From Azolla caroliniana (lineage: Eukaryota > Plantae > Polypodiophyta): 12,636 nt of DNA. Shown one piece after another: positions 8,995-12,636 of the stretch. The stretch is from the NCBI GenBank assembly GCA_043228905.1, contig JBHGNT010001049.1, positions 1-12,636 on the forward strand, written 5' to 3'. The notes under the pieces are model-generated. The model saw only the letters and a program-made list of their open reading frames with translations. It was not told the DNA's origin and searched no databases. The translations under genes were made by a program, and so were the position numbers. Position 1 is the stretch's first letter. Each line of letters begins with the position of its first letter.

Positions 8995-11900
8995 TTAATC
9001 GATCTTCCAATCTAATGTTTTTCCTGCAAACATGGGGACAACTGTGGTTGAGCCAAAGTTGTATTCTTTTGGTACAGTCCAATTTCTCTTTGTTAACGTT
9101 ATCTTTGTTGTATTCCTTGGTAACCCATAAAAATCAGGTCCATTAAAGCTTGAAAAGGCCTCAAACTTATCCAGAGCACCAGCCTGTGACAAAGGGCACA
9201 CATAGGATTGTGAACTTACCACAACATAAGGTATATATTGAAATAATAGTCAAATACGCAGGTAGTATATTATATTTTCTTGGTGCATATGTATAAAGAC
9301 ATTGAGGATCTCTTTTGGGATACATAAAGAAAATCTTAACTAATATATATACATGGCAGAATCTTAATACTCAACCAGATATGGATGTCCCTAAACCTGC
9401 GCTATTATATTGCATTCAATGGTACTCTTACAACATCACAAGGACCTTATGTACTGATTTTTCTCAAATAGCCCAACCTGAGCTCGTCAAGGAGTTTTGA
9501 GACATTCTAAGTGCACAACTAACCATAAGAAAGTCTGCACAAATGTAGTGCTAATAGACCCCTTCACATTTTTCTGTCTATCTTAGGGTTGGGGTTCTCT
9601 AGTTTTGGGTACCAAATAGAAGACTTAATGCATTCTATGTAAAAAGGAAAACGACAATATTTCATATATGCACACAAATGTATTCTGCAGAGTTGTGTGA
9701 TCCTTGCCTCTTCGAATGCTTGAGCATAAACAGATAAAGCGACAGGAGCATTAAAAATGCCAGCACAGCCACAAGGTGCTTCTTTCGTATGCTTCTCATG
9801 AGGGGCACTGTCAGTGCCAAGAAAGAACTGCTTGCTTCCACTTGTCACAGCACTCAAGACCGCATCCCCTGCAATAAATGCAGCAATGTTATACTTGTAA
9901 GCTGGTAAAACAAAAAAGAACTAATAACTTTAAGAAACCATTCATCAACGTTACTATGGACTTCTCGCTTTAGGATAGGTAAGCAGTAATTGTGAGGTTG
10001 CAACCCATCTCGAAATAATGCATTTCTGTTCATTACAATATGTTGAGGAGTGACTGTTGCTCCAACAAACCCTACAAAACAAACTAAGGTATTAAACTTA
10101 TTTGTTAATGCAGGGCATACCCGTGTACCAGAAAATATTGCATCAATGAAAAAATTCATGTTCAAAATGATGGGCACCAAATAGTCTATGCACAACATTA
10201 CATACAAATGGTATATAAATATGAATTAGTCTAAGAAATTATGTACAAAATGCATACAAATATGAACCTAAGGGTACTGCATCCACGCACACCAAGAAAA
10301 AGCTAAGATGATTATTTATTCCAAAACATCGCATCTTATAAATTACAAATTTCGTATAACTTACATTTAAATCCTCAAGTTAACGCAGCATATGCAAACT
10401 TATTCTCATGATCTACCTGCTTTAAACATAGTGTGGATTCTTTAGAGCTTTTAATGAAGAGAAAATAGGCATTCCCAATTTACAGTTAGTGCAGCCCTGT
10501 ACTCAGTAATGCAACAAGCATGCATCTACATTATGAGTAAGCATTGCCATTTTAATCCGTTATACATATTTTCTAGCACATGGTGATTAAAATGGAAAAC
10601 AATAAGACAATTCTACATCACTAACATCAAAATTACAATGTCTATAAATTCCCCCTCGACAACTAGTTTATTTATGTACTCTGTAATTTAACAAGCATAA
10701 ATATATATTTAATGATGACTGACCTTATATTTTTAATCATTTCACATTTTAGAGTGCATGGTAATTGAAATCATCTTAAACATCAAAGTTCTGGACTAAA
10801 CTTTAGGAGATGTTCCTGATTTGCGATTAGTTTATGCACAATATAGTATAGAAAACATGTCATATTCAAACAGCTAGATATACCTTCAGGGCATGATTTC
10901 ACAAACTCAACTGCATCGCGTGTGGTTATATGCTCCATCACAATTTTGAGTTGTGGAAGTTTATTTACAAGTGGTTGCAGGATTTTATGTATGAAGACAC
11001 TTTCACGGTCAAAGATGTCAACTGTCTGATCAGCTACTTCTCCATGCACCTAAAATTAGGCCATCATATATATACACAGATTATAGAAGAGTTGCAAGAA
11101 TGTAGTGATCCATTATTACAATACAGAATGGCATCTATTTACCAGCAAAGGCAGTCCTTGATTTATCATCTCATGTAAGGCTGGCAAACATTTTCCAAAC
11201 AGATCAGTTACTCCAGCTTGTGAATTTGTAGTAGCACCTGCAGGATACAACTTTACAGCATACACTGCCCCACTTTGTTCTGTATAACCATAAACAGTTT
11301 TTCAGCTTACCTAATTAGCCATGCCAAGGATAAAACATATACATGCCATTCTTTTTCTGCCCAATACACATTCCACTAATACTTTACGTAACACAAACAT
11401 ACAACATGCTAAAATAGAAAGCACGTAAGCATTGTTAGCTTACTTGCAAATTTGATCTCTTCAGGTGTGGTGTTGTCTGTTAAATACAAGGTCATTAAAG
11501 GGAGAAATGAAGTATCAGGAGGAAGTGTTCTCAAAATTCGATCTCGATAAGAAAGGGCATCTCCAACTGTTGTTACTGGAGGCTTTAGGTTTGGCATAAT
11601 GATCGCCCGCTTGAAGGTAGTTGCACTACATTACAATATATCAATAAATAAAAATGAGCACGATGATTCAAGAGTGAAAATGGGTAAAACTTCACCTAAT
11701 ATCACCTATGTTGTACAACTGAATGTAAGTGATTTCCATCCCTTAGATGTAAGTGCCAATCATCTGGCTGCGTGATTATTAATTCCTTCATATCTGACTG
11801 TTTAGATAGTTCTGAAACTTGCATCCTTAGGAATGCTGGCTTCAAAACCTGTGTCAAACTATTTTATCAGTACAATCAACACTATCAGGTGAAAATTTGC

Positions 11901-12281
11901 GAATATCATACTACAAAAGAGAATTACAAAAGGATCAAATAAAAACATGACATCATCATGCATAGTTCTCATTGCATGAACTTCATCAATCTATTTCATC
12001 CTTGCTCACAACAACATTGCACAAAAACTAGAGAAAAGCTCACGAGGTAAACAAAAATCAAATGTTGGCCATGTTGAAGCCTGAAAATTTGAAGCCTCCA
12101 AAGTTAACGGTGCAGCATTTCATTTGTTTTAATGTTCAACTCACATGTGGTGAGCATGGACTAAAGGTAGCTTCAATATCCTTAGCTATGGTTCACCTTT
12201 TCCTGTGAAATGGTAATGGTCTACGGATGATTTTGGTATTTTAGAAGTGCCACGACGAGACTTCCTTAATATGCAGAACAT
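8995..12281 (-). CDS. PYR4: Dihydroorotase (type II/PyrC-like, plant PYR4), ~380 aa; complement(join(8995..9183,9708..9868,9955..10071,10884..11049,11143..11279,11444..11625,11706..11811,12197..12281))
   Basis: The spliced exons give [89 protein letters not shown] and [11 protein letters not shown]. The Zn ligands (HxH, H, H, D), the carbamylated Lys and the substrate-binding Arg/Asn/His are all intact. Exon phases are consistent. Introns are 385, 80, 164, 93, 812, 86 and 524 bp; the last is GC-AG. Exons from 11706 downstream are highly secure, while the 5' exon and its acceptor are less certain. Confidence 0.93.
9184..9707 (-). other. Non-canonical GC-AG intron (last intron of dihydroorotase)
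   Basis: Donor GAG|GCAAGG at 9708/9707 and acceptor TGTCACAG|GCT at 9184/9183 join ...[14 protein letters not shown]..., collinear with the remembered plant DHOase sequence (VFDEAGALDKLEAF). The next GT lies more than 30 nt into the intron. Confidence 0.85.
12197..12281 (-). CDS. PYR4: Probable first coding exon of dihydroorotase, encoding a basic Ser/Arg/Lys-rich N-terminal peptide ([28 protein letters not shown])
   Basis: ATG at 12281 has an in-frame TAG 21 nt upstream. The donor AAG|GTGAAC at 12197/12196 is phase 1 and joins in frame to TTTCAG|AA at 11812/11811. This gives 380 aa, close to the ~377 aa I recall for the Arabidopsis protein. The first 20 residues contain no acidic amino acid, which is presequence-like. 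Confidence 0.55.
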
Positions 12282-12636
12282 TACCCAGCTTAGAGGCGTC
12301 TATGTATATATTTGTGCTTTTGTGCTTTTCTATGAGCGGAGGAATAGGGAGGGGATGCAGGGGGGTTCTTTCATCAGACGCTTTCTGATCATTTATCAAT
12401 GTTACCAATCAAATAGATTGAGCCATTTTGTCCTCAATAACTCATCTGATTCTCTGAAAATCAGATCAGCTCATTTCAAAAACATTAACTGGCAGCATAC
12501 TTATAGAAATAAGAAAATGAATAACAAAAACAGACTGCAGAAATAAATTTGGCCTCTTCCCAAAAAAGTCTTTTAAACATATCTTCTCATATTTTATCAC
12601 CAGAAGCTAATGTTCCCTTGAGTCTGATATCCCCTT

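Noticed and set aside
8995-11811. Recent horizontal transfer of bacterial pyrC
   Set aside because: E. coli-like type II DHOase is the normal plant enzyme, and this copy has multiple spliceosomal introns and plant-type sequence.
5473-12355. Exact 13-mer AATAGGGAGGGGA shared by 5473-5485 and 12343-12355
   Set aside because: About one 13-mer match is expected by chance in a 12.6-kb self-comparison, and the sequence is low-complexity.
8793-12546. ORFs 8793-8975, 9315-9500, 10930-11178 and 12247-12546
   Set aside because: UTR, intronic or antisense ORFs with no homology cues, splice support or coding-like composition.

Overview
AT-rich eukaryotic (land-plant) genomic DNA. The ORF track is misleading here because the genes are spliced. 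Two intron-containing housekeeping genes converge tail to tail, about 2.8 kb apart at their stop codons: ARPC5 (Arp2/3 complex subunit 5; + strand, 4 coding exons, 3146-6212, 142 aa) and plant dihydroorotase (PYR4/pyrC type; - strand, 7 well-supported exons from 11848 or 11811 down to 8995, plus a probable first coding exon at 12281-12197; about 380 aa). The last dihydroorotase intron has a GC-AG boundary. Most of the rest is transposon debris: a decayed Ty1/copia gag (~55-571, -), a seemingly young 5'-truncated LINE 3' end with a hairpin and (CTTT)n tail (~1245-1961, -), a tRNA-shaped Pol III-type head directly upstream of it (1974-2035, -), a decayed Ty3/gypsy RT-RNase H inside ARPC5 intron 1 (~4030-5030, +), and a decayed hAT transposase C-terminus (~7450-7900, -). 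The repeat content suggests a fern or other non-seed plant, but this is inference only. I see no prokaryotic-type system such as CRISPR or an operon. The two best leads are the tRNA-head/LINE-tail chimera (a possible new SINE-like element) and a pair of alternative 3' splice sites that could switch the dihydroorotase N-terminal peptide between a fused presequence and an out-of-frame uORF. All family assignments come from manual translation and remembered motifs, not database searches.
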